A stretch of 64,000 nt of DNA from Verrucomicrobiota bacterium (GCA_048497895.1 JBEHZA010000001.1:3312-67311); one strand, 5' to 3'; shown: positions 19,245 through 29,447, numbered from the stretch's first letter. The notes: generated from the sequence alone by a model not told the origin. Numbers and translations are program-made.

Positions 19245-20420
19245 ATGAGGAACGCGCTGACATTGGCTTGGCTGCTGACACTGAGCCTGGTGACTTACTC
19301 CGGTCAGGCGGCGGGACAATCTGCCGCGACGAATGCGATCCCGCCGGAAATGCAGCTCGAACCGCTGCCGTTGCACGCGCCGGAACCAAAGGATAATCCG
19401 TCCACTCCCGCAAAGATTGCATTGGGGCGTTTGCTGTTCTTCGATCCCGTACTATCCGCGTCCCAAGAAGTGGCGTGTGCCACGTGCCATCATCCGGCCT
19501 ACGGTTGGACCGATGGGCGCGCGGTTTCCATTGGCGTCGGTGGCACCGGGCTGGGAACGAAACGAATTTTCCAAAGCACCAGCCATCTGCCCGTGCTCAA
19601 TCGCAATGCGCCAACGATTATTAACACTGCGTTTAACGGGCTCGTGGCGAAAACGAATCTGAACCCGGCCTGGTCGCCGATGTTCTGGGACGCGCGCGTA
19701 ACCAGTCTGGAGACCCAGGTTTTCACGCCGATGCGCATGCGGGAAGAGATGCGTGGAGACGGGTGCGCAGAAACCGACGCCGTGCCGCAAGCCATAGCCC
19801 GGGTTCGTGCCATCCCGGAATACCGTAAATTTTTTGGCGCGGCTTTTCATCAACCCGAGGAAACAGCGGTCACGGCCAATAATCTGGCCCGGGCCATCGC
19901 GGCGTTCGAGCGCTCGTTAATCGCGGCGAATTCCCCTTTCGACCGGTTTTTGCGCGGTGATCCCAAAGCCTTGACGGCGGAACAACAGCAGGGCCTGCGC
20001 GTGTTCCAGACGGCTGGCTGCATTCAATGTCATGGCGGGCCGATGCTTTCTGATTTTAAACTGCATGTCATTGGCGTAACAGAAACGACATCGGACCGGC
20101 GACAGGAATTTCGCACTCCGACTTTGCGCAACTTACGGCTGACCGCGCCCTACATGCACAATGGCAGCCTGCGCACAATTGCGGATGTGCTTGTCTTTTA
20201 TGACAACCTGTCCGAAACAGTCGCTGAAACTCTGGACGGAGGCGATAAGTCGGCGCAGCCGCCACTCGATCCGTTGCTCCGTCAATTGAATTTGAATCCA
20301 GAAGACTACGCTGCTCTGACCGCGTTCCTCGACGCGTTGAATGATGATGCGTATGACCAATCCACGCCCCGGAATGTGCCGAGCGGATTACCCGTGAGCG
20401 GAATTGCAACGCGGCCTTGA
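19245..20420 (+). CDS. Di-haem cytochrome c peroxidase (CCP/MauG family)
   Basis: Two CxxCH motifs (CATCHH, CIQCHG), RTPTLRN and APYMHNG blocks. The ATG at 19245 gives a signal peptide. Confidence 0.85.
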   Translation: MRNALTLAWLLTLSLVTYSGQAAGQSAATNAIPPEMQLEPLPLHAPEPKDNPSTPAKIALGRLLFFDPVLSASQEVACATCHHPAYGWTDGRAVSIGVGGTGLGTKRIFQSTSHLPVLNRNAPTIINTAFNGLVAKTNLNPAWSPMFWDARVTSLETQVFTPMRMREEMRGDGCAETDAVPQAIARVRAIPEYRKFFGAAFHQPEETAVTANNLARAIAAFERSLIAANSPFDRFLRGDPKALTAEQQQGLRVFQTAGCIQCHGGPMLSDFKLHVIGVTETTSDRRQEFRTPTLRNLRLTAPYMHNGSLRTIADVLVFYDNLSETVAETLDGGDKSAQPPLDPLLRQLNLNPEDYAALTAFLDALNDDAYDQSTPRNVPSGLPVSGIATRP

Positions 20421-20433
20421 AGAGCCGCAGATT

Positions 20434-21081
20434 TTAGGCGCGGGCCCGGTGAACGGCCGCGACGAATTCACGCGCCAGCCGGGTCAATTCAGGCCAATTG
20501 CCGTCCTTGAGAATCTGTTTGGATACCAAAGAAGAACCCACACCCAAAGCGGCACAGCCGGCTTTTAAAAAGTCACCGACATTGTGCAAATCCACGCCGC
20601 CGGTCGGCACAATGCGCAAGTGAGGCAGCGGCGCGCGCAGGCTCTTGATGTAATTCGGCCCCAGCCCTTCCGCAGGGAAAATCTTGATGAAATCAGCGCC
20701 CGCTTCATGCGCGAGTTGCGCTTCCGTGGGCGTATATGCGCCCAGCATCACGGGACGATCCAATGCGTGCGCGGCGTCCGCAATCGCGGGCCGCATGATC
20801 GGCGTGACGACAAACTCGGCTCCGGCCTGAATCGCCGCGCGGCAGGTCTCGACATCGAGAATCGTGCCGACGCCAATCAAAGCCCGTGCGCCCAATTTTT
20901 GCGAGGCTTCCCGAATCGCCGCAATGGCATTCGGAGTCGTCATCGTAATCTCAATCGCAATGACGCCGCCGGCAATCAAGGCTTCTGACAAAGGCAGAAC
21001 CTGTTCCGGTTTTTCGGCCCGCACGACGGCGATGATGCCGGGGTTGGTCAACAGCGAGATGATTTCACTTTTAGAACGCAT
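20434..21081 (-). CDS. eda: 2-dehydro-3-deoxyphosphogluconate / 4-hydroxy-2-oxoglutarate aldolase
   Basis: IIAVVRA, AIEITMTTPNA, GVGTILD, FVVTP and IKIFPA blocks. Length is 215 aa. Confidence 0.8.
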   Translation of the reverse strand: MRSKSEIISLLTNPGIIAVVRAEKPEQVLPLSEALIAGGVIAIEITMTTPNAIAAIREASQKLGARALIGVGTILDVETCRAAIQAGAEFVVTPIMRPAIADAAHALDRPVMLGAYTPTEAQLAHEAGADFIKIFPAEGLGPNYIKSLRAPLPHLRIVPTGGVDLHNVGDFLKAGCAALGVGSSLVSKQILKDGNWPELTRLAREFVAAVHRARA

Positions 21082-21099
21082 GCGAAGAACGAGGTAAGG

Positions 21100-22428
21100 T
21101 TAATTATTTTCCGCCTGTCGATAGGACTCAGCGAGCAAGGTGATCGGGTGCGCCAAACGAATGGGCAATCCCTGGCGTTTCACTCCGTTGATAATGTGCA
21201 GCAGGCAACCGGGATTTCCCGTGGCCACCACCGTTGCCCCGGTGCTTTTGATGTGCTTGATCTTACGATCGAGCAATTCGCCCGCCATTTCCGGCTGAGT
21301 AATATTGTAAATTCCAGCGCTGCCACAGCACCAGGTGCTCTCCGGCAATTCCACCAGCTTCAGATTGGGAATAGCGCGCAAGACCTGGCGCGGTTGCGCC
21401 GTGATTTTCTGCCCGTGACAAAGATGGCAGGCTTCGTGATAGGTCACGGTTTGTGCAGGGGCACCGGCAGCGGAGGGAGAACGAATGCCAATCTGCGCCA
21501 GCCATTCGTGAATGTCTTTCACCTTCCGGTCCCACAATTCCGCGCGGTGCGCATAAGCGGGATCATCCGCCAGTAATTTGGCGTAATGCTTCAGGTGCGA
21601 GCCGCAACCGGCCGCATTGGTAATAATGGCGTCAAATTTTTCCGGCGGCAGCAAATCGATTTGTTTGCGGGCCAGTTGTTGCGCCAGTTCCCATTCGCCG
21701 TTGTGGGCGTGCAGCGATCCGCAGCAGCCTTGCGAAAGCGGCGTCACCACTTCGCAGCCGTTTTGAGCCAACACCTCCACGGTGTCCAGGTTCACGTCGC
21801 TGAAAATCAAATCCTGAGCGCAACCGGTGAGCATCGCCACGCGATACTTCTTTTCGCCGCGCGCTGGAGTCACCGGCTCAATCAAATCATCGGAATACTC
21901 CGGTTGTATGACGGGCGTCATGGCTTCCAATTCGCGCAGGCGCTTCGGCATGAGCCGAAGAATTCCACTGCGCCGCACAAAGGATTGCAGACCCAATTTT
22001 TGATACAGGCGCAAGACGGAACCCACCAGTTGCAACCGGCTGTGCTCCATAAAGAGCCAGCGCAACGTAAACCCGCGGATGATTCCGCGTTGTGGGCCGT
22101 TCTGGTTTAACGCGCCACTGGCCTCAGCCTCGGCGCGGGCATGCTCGAACAATTCAGCATAATTAACACCCGCGGGACACGCGGTCATGCATGCCAAACA
22201 ACCGAGGCAAAAATACATTTCGTCGGCAAACGCCTTGGTCGGCTCCAGCCGTTCATCTGCAATGGCACGCATCAGGGAGATACGTCCGCGTGGGCTGTTG
22301 CGTTCCAGTTTGGTGGCGTCGTACGTGGGGCAAGTGGGCAGGCAGAGGCCACAGTGCATACATTGCTGCACCACGGAGTAATCCAAATTTTTAAGATGCG
22401 AACCAGCCATACCCGTTTTCAGACTCAA
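21100..22428 (-). CDS. (Fe-S)-binding protein, GlcF / heterodisulfide-reductase-like (two 4Fe-4S motifs plus two CCG domains)
   Basis: CMHCGLCLPTCP and CLGCLACMTACP motifs, plus GCCGS and WCCGSAG. Confidence 0.75.
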   Translation of the reverse strand: MSLKTGMAGSHLKNLDYSVVQQCMHCGLCLPTCPTYDATKLERNSPRGRISLMRAIADERLEPTKAFADEMYFCLGCLACMTACPAGVNYAELFEHARAEAEASGALNQNGPQRGIIRGFTLRWLFMEHSRLQLVGSVLRLYQKLGLQSFVRRSGILRLMPKRLRELEAMTPVIQPEYSDDLIEPVTPARGEKKYRVAMLTGCAQDLIFSDVNLDTVEVLAQNGCEVVTPLSQGCCGSLHAHNGEWELAQQLARKQIDLLPPEKFDAIITNAAGCGSHLKHYAKLLADDPAYAHRAELWDRKVKDIHEWLAQIGIRSPSAAGAPAQTVTYHEACHLCHGQKITAQPRQVLRAIPNLKLVELPESTWCCGSAGIYNITQPEMAGELLDRKIKHIKSTGATVVATGNPGCLLHIINGVKRQGLPIRLAHPITLLAESYRQAENN

Positions 22429-22539
22429 TTGAGCAGTTCAAGAAAACGGGTACGGCCGGATAAAGTCGAGGCGTAAATCCAACGGCCAATCCCACCTGAC
22501 ATCGACGGGCAATCTGCAATACCAGCAAAAGCCGCTCAA

Positions 22540-22878
22540 CTACATCCAGGCGACTTCGCTCAAATCGAGAAACCAATCACTGCCATCGGTAACCCGGACG
22601 GCCTTGTTCTCAATCTTATAAATCACCTTGTCCAAATCGACCGTTGGCGGCAGCACATTCACGAGCAAATCCCCACTCACCAGAGAAATGATGCGCGTCC
22701 GCTTTTCCGGTCGCCGGATGAAGGAAAATTTTGCGCGATCCACCGTGAAAACATTGCCGGTGACACGAGCCACTCCACCTTCGTAATCATCCACCACGCC
22801 CACAAAGTGGCGGCGCGCTTCTTTTTCAAAATAACGCCGGTGAATGACATGAATTTTTTCGCCCCGCTTGAGAATCAT
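22540..22878 (-). CDS. Hypothetical protein (112 aa)
   Basis: A clean ORF co-directional with its neighbours. I recognise no motif with confidence. Confidence 0.45.
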   Translation of the reverse strand: MILKRGEKIHVIHRRYFEKEARRHFVGVVDDYEGGVARVTGNVFTVDRAKFSFIRRPEKRTRIISLVSGDLLVNVLPPTVDLDKVIYKIENKAVRVTDGSDWFLDLSEVAWM

Positions 22879-22926
22879 AGTCGTTTTTTACTCACTTCCC
22901 GCAAACACGTAAAGTTTTTCTCCAAA

Positions 22927-23223
22927 TTATGCCCGCAAAACCGAATTATGACTGCCAAAGGGGTTCGGAACCGATTCCGCCACCTTGGGGTCGGTTATCC
23001 AGACACCGTCCACGACAAACCGGTATTCATAGATGCCGGGTGGCAGAGCCAGTTCCTTGGCCCAAAGACCGGGTTTAAGGCGAATCATTTCGGTCACCTG
23101 AGGATGCCAATCATTAAAAGAGCCGGCCACAAACACAGCCTGGGCAGAAGAATGCTCAAATTCCAGATGGACTTTCCGGTTGCGATCCCGTTTTGAAACC
23201 GTCGGATTGTTATTCTTTTTCAT
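22927..23223 (-). CDS. Glycogen-binding (CBM48 / AMPK-beta GBD-like, E-set) domain protein
   Basis: VFVAGSFNDWHP...W...LPPGIYEYRFVVDGVWITDP. The ATG at 23223 is preferred over the TTG at 23244. Confidence 0.65.
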   Translation of the reverse strand: MKKNNNPTVSKRDRNRKVHLEFEHSSAQAVFVAGSFNDWHPQVTEMIRLKPGLWAKELALPPGIYEYRFVVDGVWITDPKVAESVPNPFGSHNSVLRA

Positions 23224-23519
23224 AGCGCTCCATTTCTTAAACAAACTAACGGTGAGACAGTCATTGACGCCTCACCAGTTTTGCCAAAGGCCAGCCCTTT
23301 TTTGCTGAAGAAAAGCCATAATTCAGCCAGTCAACCCACAACAAAATGCGGCGCAATTCAGCCAAAACCGGAACAGCAATGGTTCGATATCCGGGTTACA
23401 TAAATTGGTAGATCAGGATGAAGTATTCCATCGAACGGTCCCGATGAATCCTGATTTAACAGCTGGCTGGCACCAGCAGAGTGGATCGAAACACAACCAA
23501 TGCCAGAAAAGGAATCGTT

Positions 23520-23972
23520 ATGAATACACTTACACGTTGGCATCCCTTCAAGGAACTGGACGACCTGCAAACCAGGTTGGGAACACTGTTTGGGCGTTCC
23601 CCCGTGCGTTCCGAGAATGGGAATGAGACCATGACGCTGGCCGAGTGGGCTCCCCTCGTGGACATCACCGAAGACAAAGAGGCCTTTCTGATCAAAGCCG
23701 AATTGCCCGACGTGAAAAAGGAGGAAATCAAAGTCACCGTCAATGATGGCGTGCTTTCGATTTCCGGAGAACGCAAATTTGAAAAAGAAGAGAAAGACAA
23801 AAAATATCATCGCATTGAGCGGGCTTACGGCAGTTTCCAGCGGAGCTTTACATTGCCGGAAGGGACCGATGCGAGCAAGGTCAACGCTGAATTCAAAGAT
23901 GGCATGCTGACCGTACGGCTGCCGAAGAGCGAAATCACCAAACCCCAGACGGTTGAGGTAAAAGTAGCCTGA
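23520..23972 (+). CDS. Hsp20/alpha-crystallin small heat-shock protein
   Basis: AELPDVKKEEIKVTVNDGVLSISGERK...FQRSFTLPEG...AEFKDGMLTVRLPK. The ATG at 23520 is preceded by aaaagga. Confidence 0.9.
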   Translation: MNTLTRWHPFKELDDLQTRLGTLFGRSPVRSENGNETMTLAEWAPLVDITEDKEAFLIKAELPDVKKEEIKVTVNDGVLSISGERKFEKEEKDKKYHRIERAYGSFQRSFTLPEGTDASKVNAEFKDGMLTVRLPKSEITKPQTVEVKVA

Positions 23973-23986
23973 TACGCACAGTCTGG

Positions 23987-24023
23987 CGCAGGCCGGGAAA
24001 TGAACTTGTATTCCCGGCCTGCG
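23987..24023 (+). terminator. Strong hairpin 15 nt downstream of the hsp20 stop codon
   Basis: cgcaggccgggaa / ttcccggcctgcg gives a perfect 13-bp stem with an 11-nt loop. There is no clear T tract, so it could be a terminator or an mRNA-stabilising stem. Confidence 0.5.
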
Positions 24024-24050
24024 TAAAGCAATAACTGGTCGTCACACGCT

Positions 24051-24728
24051 ATGAAGAAGCGGCCTCATCATCGAATTGAAATCAAGCTGCGGGACATCAG
24101 CCAGCTTTTCAATTCCATGGACCCGTCTCCCTTCAACGAGAAGGATCTCGATCACGACGCGGAAGAATTCATCGTCAGTTGGGTGCATGAATACCCGCGG
24201 GAAGACCCCATTTCACTGGTGATTTACCTGCAACAATGGCCGAGCCATCCCGACCCCAAAATACTCCTGGAGCAGGCGATCCATAACTACTTCGCCTACC
24301 GGGCACGGCTGAATTGGATGGAATTCAAGCGGTTGATGAAACAAGGCCGGACAAGCCTGATTATTGGACTCCTGTTCCTCTCCGCCTGTCTATTTGGCAG
24401 TGAAATGCTGCGGCATCAGGAACCGGGCACTTTCCTGAGCATCCTGCGCGAGAGCCTGACCATTGCCGGCTGGGTGGCGATGTGGCGGCCGATGGAAATT
24501 TATCTCTACGAATGGTGGCCCTTGCGGCGGCGCGGCCAAATCTTCGACAAAATGAGCCACATGCACGTGGAATTGCGAAAGCGCGAGGAAGCTTCTCCGA
24601 AAACTACAGTCCTCACGGCCAGCACTCCTGCGGCGACCTCAACGGAATCGTCCATGGCTACGCCGCTGACCGTTGCCACCAATAACCTACCGGGTTCACC
24701 GGACAGCAGCCATCCGCCTCAAAAATAG
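24051..24728 (+). CDS. Hypothetical membrane protein (about two TM segments, Ser/Thr/Pro-rich tail)
   Basis: Hydrophobic stretches SLIIGLLFLSACLFGS and LTIAGWVAMW. No family recognised. Confidence 0.5.
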   Translation: MKKRPHHRIEIKLRDISQLFNSMDPSPFNEKDLDHDAEEFIVSWVHEYPREDPISLVIYLQQWPSHPDPKILLEQAIHNYFAYRARLNWMEFKRLMKQGRTSLIIGLLFLSACLFGSEMLRHQEPGTFLSILRESLTIAGWVAMWRPMEIYLYEWWPLRRRGQIFDKMSHMHVELRKREEASPKTTVLTASTPAATSTESSMATPLTVATNNLPGSPDSSHPPQK

Positions 24729-24773
24729 CCGGTCTTACCACCACTACCTTGCTTTTTGAACCTTTCCGGAAAA

Positions 24774-24797
24774 GCGTCCGTTTACGGGACGTCTTTT
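24774..24797. terminator. Imperfect hairpin flanked by A/T runs between convergent genes
   Basis: aaaa-gcgtccg-ttta-cgggacgtc-tttt forms a 6-7 bp stem with one bulge. The flanking A and T runs could serve both convergent genes. Confidence 0.3.
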
Positions 24798-24808
24798 GAA
24801 GCGCTTCC

Positions 24809-25378
24809 TTATTCATTGATCCCCCAGCGGCGATAATCCACGGCTTCATGCCCGAAGGTATCGGGGTAAGCCAACAAGTTGCCTCCGCGCCATTCTGGTT
24901 GTGAAGCCAGTTGCATGGCGCGATAATTAACGAAGCAATCCATTTGCGCCCAATGGGCGATGCTTTTGAAATAATTGCGCACCACGGCCGCCGCCTCCGT
25001 GTTCCGGATACTTTGATCCAGCAATACCACCAGCGCCCGGTTACGGAGGGATGGGCCGGTGCAAACCCAATTGGCGAACCAATTTTTCAATTCGGGCGAA
25101 AGGCTTTCCGGCTGGCGCAACGAGATGATCACCAAGTCAGCCATTTTGGCTTCCCCGGAGGCCACACTGGCCAGGCATCCCATTTCCAACGCTTCAAACT
25201 TCCACAAGGTAGGATGAAAATCAGGCGCCGCCGGCAAGGAATGGTTCAGTTTTTCATATACGCGCCGGGCTTCGATCCCGGCCACGACATCTTCATAAGC
25301 AACAAAAATTTTAAAAGCGGGCTGGCTGGAAAAACATTCCAGGGAAATAGTGTTGGATTCAGAAATGTCGTAGTGCAT
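24809..25378 (-). CDS. Hypothetical protein, paralog of 6561..7145; C-terminus is RRWGINE
   Basis: ATG at 25378. It shares blocks with the 6561 copy: FVAYED, LWKF, ADLVIISL, NWFANW and the terminal RRWGINE. Confidence 0.6.
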   Translation of the reverse strand: MHYDISESNTISLECFSSQPAFKIFVAYEDVVAGIEARRVYEKLNHSLPAAPDFHPTLWKFEALEMGCLASVASGEAKMADLVIISLRQPESLSPELKNWFANWVCTGPSLRNRALVVLLDQSIRNTEAAAVVRNYFKSIAHWAQMDCFVNYRAMQLASQPEWRGGNLLAYPDTFGHEAVDYRRWGINE

Positions 25379-25495
25379 GGCGACAAAGTAAATTACCGGA
25401 AGGCACTTCACAATTGGGCCTCACCCCATTCGCAACTAAGGGATTCTCCTAGCAACCGTCAGGCAGGATTTTGGCCGGGCAAAGACTAAACAAGG

Positions 25496-26188
25496 TTACG
25501 TGCGCTCACCCGCTTGTGATTCCACCCAGCGCACCGCTTCCCGAATCAGCTCCGGCGCGGTCTTGAGCTTGAGTTTCTGTTTGATATTGGCGCGATGCAC
25601 TTCGACGGTTTTGACACTCACGTGAAGCTGGCCCGCAATGTCGCGCGTACCCTTGCCCTCGCCCAGCAACTGGAACACTTCAAATTCACGATCCGTCAGA
25701 TTGCCTACTGGCGAGCCACCGTTACCAGTCCGGCGACCAGAAAAGATTTCCAGAATTTTGGCCGACATTTTTTCGCTGACATAAATCTGGCCCGCCAGCA
25801 CCTGATGAATGGCAGCGATCAACTTCTGCCCTCCCTGCTGCTTCATAAGATAACCCCGGCCCCCGGCACGCAGCACACGCTCGGCATACACCGATTCATC
25901 GTGCATGGAAATGACCAGCACGTTGGTGCCGGGATACATCGCTTGAATGTCCTTGATCAATTCGAGACCATTTTTTCCAGGCATCGTGATATCCGTCAGC
26001 ACCAGCTCCGGTTTGAGTGGGCCGATTACCGCCAAAGCTTCCGGCGCGCTCTCAGCCTCACCACACACCATCAGGTCCGGTTCATTATTGATCAGCAACG
26101 ACAACCCCTGCCGCATGATGGGGTGATCGTCCACAATGAGAATCCGCTTTTTGGTGCGGGCGACTTTGCGTTTAGATGGGGTGCTCAT
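25496..26188 (-). CDS. NarL/LuxR-family response regulator
   Basis: Receiver motifs (ILIVDDHPIMRQGL, DITMPG) plus a LuxR HTH (LTDREFEVFQLLGEGKGTRDIAGQLHVSVKTVEVHRANI). Confidence 0.9.
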   Translation of the reverse strand: MSTPSKRKVARTKKRILIVDDHPIMRQGLSLLINNEPDLMVCGEAESAPEALAVIGPLKPELVLTDITMPGKNGLELIKDIQAMYPGTNVLVISMHDESVYAERVLRAGGRGYLMKQQGGQKLIAAIHQVLAGQIYVSEKMSAKILEIFSGRRTGNGGSPVGNLTDREFEVFQLLGEGKGTRDIAGQLHVSVKTVEVHRANIKQKLKLKTAPELIREAVRWVESQAGERT

Positions 26189-27651
26189 CGTTCTTCCACC
26201 GGAATAATTTTGTCCGACTTCTTATGGACGGTGCATACAACCGTGGTTCCCCCTTCATTGCCCTTCTGTAAGGCCAGCGAGCCGCCAATCATCCCCGCCC
26301 GGTAGCGCATGATGCGCAGTCCCATGCCCCGCTTTTTCGGCATCGTCCGGGGCAACCCGCAGCCATTATCTTTCACCATCAAATTCGTCCGCTCGGGAGT
26401 ATGGGTCAGCACAATTTCAATCGTGGTAGCTTTGCCGTGCCGGAGGGCATTGCTCACCGCCTCCTGCGCAATCCGAAATAAATGCGTGGCGGTAGAATTA
26501 TCCGTCACAAGCACCGTCTCCGGGCAACGGAACGTGCACTTGGTCTTAAAGAGTTTTTCCGTATTCGCCGCCAGTTCCTGCAACGCGAGCATCAATCCTT
26601 CCGCATCTTCGACCACAGGCGAAAGACCGCGGGCCAAATTTCGCGTATCGGAAATGGCTTGCCGGACCAGTTTAGCAATCTCCGCAGCATGAACGGCCTC
26701 GGACTTCGCCTTGGCGCTTAACCGCTGTTCCAATACCTGGCTCATGAACTCAATTCCCGCGAGATGCTGGCAAAGGCCATCGTGCAAATCCTGGCCAATC
26801 CGCTGCTGTTCCATCTCGCTGATCTGCAGAATCTCCTGCTCCAGCCGTTTGCGTTCCGTAATGTCCAGCCCGGTGCCGATAATGTATTCCACTTTCCCAT
26901 CCGCGCCTGAGAGCACGGCATTGGACCACGCAATCAGGCGTTTGTCTCCATCACGGGTTTGCCAGTAATTTTCAAAGCGGTTGTGCAATTCGCCCGAGCA
27001 CAGCCGTTCAAAAACCCGCTTTACCTCGGTCAACTCGCCGGAAATAATCAATGTATCCCAAATATGTTTACCCCGGACTTCCTCGAAGGAGTAGCCCGTC
27101 GCCCGTTCGCACGCCGGATTGAAATGAATGACGCGACCATCCCGGTCCAGCACGACAACGAGCGCGCCGGACGTCCGCAGCAGGGCAGTGACAAAATCGT
27201 GTTCCTTACGAAACGCTTCCTCGGCCGCAACCAGTTTCCGCTCCTTTTCAATTTGCTGGAGCGTGCGCGCCACGATGGTGGGCAAAAGCTCCAAAAAATT
27301 CGCGTCTTTGACCAGATAATCGTGTGCGCCGCGCTTCATCATCTCGACCGCCACGCGTTCATCGCCCTGCCCGGTGATAATGATGAAAGCCAACTTGCTA
27401 TTGAGAGCGGTGATCTGGTTGATTAACGCAGGACCTTCAATATCCCTGAGCTTTAAATCGAGCAGAAGCAAATCCGGAGTGTTTTGCGCGAGCCAGGCCA
27501 TAGCGGCTTTGCCGGAGCTCGCGGTGGATACGCGGTAACCGGCCCGCGCGAGAATTCTCTCCATCAACCGCAGCAGCCCCAAGTCATCATCCACCACCAA
27601 TAAGCCTGGCAGAGACGGTTCAACGACTTTTCTGAGATTAAGACTGGGCAT
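26185..27651 (-). CDS. Hybrid receiver-PAS-histidine kinase (HisKA_3/NarX-type)
   Basis: LLVVDDDLGLLRL...LLLDLKL receiver, a PAS block, the H-box DLHDGLCQHLAGI, and DNGCGL with GMGLRIM in the ATPase domain. Its stop overlaps the downstream start as ATGA. Confidence 0.85.
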   Translation of the reverse strand: MPSLNLRKVVEPSLPGLLVVDDDLGLLRLMERILARAGYRVSTASSGKAAMAWLAQNTPDLLLLDLKLRDIEGPALINQITALNSKLAFIIITGQGDERVAVEMMKRGAHDYLVKDANFLELLPTIVARTLQQIEKERKLVAAEEAFRKEHDFVTALLRTSGALVVVLDRDGRVIHFNPACERATGYSFEEVRGKHIWDTLIISGELTEVKRVFERLCSGELHNRFENYWQTRDGDKRLIAWSNAVLSGADGKVEYIIGTGLDITERKRLEQEILQISEMEQQRIGQDLHDGLCQHLAGIEFMSQVLEQRLSAKAKSEAVHAAEIAKLVRQAISDTRNLARGLSPVVEDAEGLMLALQELAANTEKLFKTKCTFRCPETVLVTDNSTATHLFRIAQEAVSNALRHGKATTIEIVLTHTPERTNLMVKDNGCGLPRTMPKKRGMGLRIMRYRAGMIGGSLALQKGNEGGTTVVCTVHKKSDKIIPVEER

Positions 27652-28090
27652 GAATTTCGGGAACCTGCACGAGTGAGACGAACATGCCGAGATGTTTGAT
27701 CGCATCGGCAAATTTATCGTAGTCCACCGGTTTGACGATGTAGTTATTGCATCCGAGGCTGTGGCAGCGTTCGACTTCGCGCGGATCGTCCGTAGTGGTC
27801 AGCATAACCACAGGTATCTTGCGGAGTTCCGTGTGCGTTTTGAGCTGGCGCAGGACTTCCACACCATCCACCTTGGGCATGCGAATATCCAGCAGCAGCA
27901 GGTAAGCCGCCTCCGTCAAACGATGGATTCCCGGCCCGCGGCAAAAAAGATAGTCCAGGATGGTCTGCCCGTTTTCAAAGCGTACGATGCGGTTGCGCAA
28001 TCCCGCCCGTTCCAGATTTTTTTCGATCAGCCGTGCGTGACCCGCATCATCTTCGGCAATTAAAATGATCACCTCTTTAGCCATGCTCAT
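27638..28090 (-). CDS. Single-domain CheY-like response regulator
   Basis: [25 protein letters not shown] and IVKP. The ATG at 28090 overlaps the upstream kinase stop as ATGA. Confidence 0.85.
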   Translation of the reverse strand: MSMAKEVIILIAEDDAGHARLIEKNLERAGLRNRIVRFENGQTILDYLFCRGPGIHRLTEAAYLLLLDIRMPKVDGVEVLRQLKTHTELRKIPVVMLTTTDDPREVERCHSLGCNNYIVKPVDYDKFADAIKHLGMFVSLVQVPEIHAQS

Positions 28091-29376
28091 TTGATATGCC
28101 TCCAACAATCAGGGTTTGGCAAGGAAACAAAAAAGGTGCAGCCCTTCCCCAGTTCAGATTCCACCCAGATACGACCGCCCTGGCGTTCCAGAATGCGTTG
28201 CGCAATGGTCAGCCCCAAGCCTTCCCCTTCACCGGCGTGGGGATCAAGCCGGTGAAAAATCTCGAAAATTTTTGCCTGATGTTCCCGGGCAATGCCGATG
28301 CCATTGTCTTTCACCGCGTAGATGGAAAACCCGCCATCCACCTGGCCGCTGACTTCAATCGTCACCGGACGCGAGGGGTCGCGATATTTCAAAGCGTTAT
28401 CGATTAGATTCGAAAAGACCTGATTGATTAGAGTGGAATCACCGCTGGCGTCCGGCAGCTTCTGGATATTTAAGGTACCGGAATATTCTTTAAGCTGAAA
28501 TTCCATGGTGAGCACAATGTTCTGCAACATCTCGGTCATGTTCAGCCGCTCGATCTTCAAAGCGGCGCGGCCAAGACGTGAAAACCGCAGGAATCCCGAC
28601 AAGAGCGAGTCAATCTTGGACACGCCGGCCATAATGTATTCAATGGCTTCGGGGACATCCCGCGAAAGCATCTCCTCAAGTTGCGCAGGACTGGTCCGCC
28701 CATCACCGGCAATCGCTCCCCGCACCCGTTGGCAGGTATCGGCGAGTTCACGGCTAAACCCTTGAATATTTACCAGGGGCGAACGCAAATCGTGCGAGGC
28801 CACATAAACGATCGTTTCCAATTCCTTGTTTTTTTCCGCCAGGCTCTGAGCCAGTTCCGCCAGCCGTTCCTCGTCACGCTTGCGCTCCGTGATGTCCGTG
28901 CGGATGGCGATGTATTGCGTGGGCTTGCCCTGGGCATTGACAAAGGGAAAGATCGTGGTGGCTACCCAGTAATGGCTGCCATCTTTGGCCCGGTTGCGGA
29001 TTTCGCCTTTCCAAATCTGCCCGTGCGCAATCGTGTTCCATAGATTTTGGAAAAACTCCCGGGGATGATAACGGGAATTGATGATGCGATGGTCCTGGCC
29101 AATCAACTCGTCCCGTGAGTATTTGGAAATCTCGCAGAACTTGTCGTTCACGTACGTAATGCGCCCCTGCGGGTCGGTAATCGCCACGATAGAGTGGGCA
29201 TCGAGCGCGGCTTTGAGATCGCGAATCTCCTTTAAGCTGGCCGTTTCGGTGGACTCGGCCGCGCCTGAGGATTTCATCGCATCCGAAGCGCGCAAGCGCC
29301 CCGGTTCCGCCCCGGCGGTGAGTTCTTCCAGTGTGCGGACTAAATCAGCCTTGCTCATACGGGAGAAATCACTCAT
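28087..29376 (-). CDS. PAS-domain sensor histidine kinase (HisKA type)
   Basis: PAS block ([26 protein letters not shown]), H-box [10 protein letters not shown]-box [15 protein letters not shown] and GEGLGLTI. Confidence 0.85.
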   Translation of the reverse strand: MSDFSRMSKADLVRTLEELTAGAEPGRLRASDAMKSSGAAESTETASLKEIRDLKAALDAHSIVAITDPQGRITYVNDKFCEISKYSRDELIGQDHRIINSRYHPREFFQNLWNTIAHGQIWKGEIRNRAKDGSHYWVATTIFPFVNAQGKPTQYIAIRTDITERKRDEERLAELAQSLAEKNKELETIVYVASHDLRSPLVNIQGFSRELADTCQRVRGAIAGDGRTSPAQLEEMLSRDVPEAIEYIMAGVSKIDSLLSGFLRFSRLGRAALKIERLNMTEMLQNIVLTMEFQLKEYSGTLNIQKLPDASGDSTLINQVFSNLIDNALKYRDPSRPVTIEVSGQVDGGFSIYAVKDNGIGIAREHQAKIFEIFHRLDPHAGEGEGLGLTIAQRILERQGGRIWVESELGKGCTFFVSLPNPDCWRHIK

Positions 29377-29447
29377 GTCGCCAGTGTAAGGCTTCGTCCG
29401 AAAGACTCACGCCAAAAATTGGCGCACTGTCCGCCTGAAGGCACCAC

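Noticed and set aside
22540-22878. Possible PilZ (c-di-GMP-binding) domain in the 112-aa hypothetical protein
   Set aside because: It shows only a loose resemblance. HRRYFEK is not RRxxxR, and there is no clear [DN]xSxxG motif.
23381-23392. A T-loop-like ggttcgatatcc that could indicate a tRNA
   Set aside because: It has an extra base relative to GGTTCGAATCC. I could not build any acceptor, D or anticodon stems around it.
23467-23484. Sigma-54-like TGGCAC element upstream of hsp20
   Set aside because: The -12 element is missing. The sequence is tggcaccagcagagtg, with GT rather than GC at the required spacing. A similar near-match upstream of the 6561 gene is off by one nucleotide in spacing.
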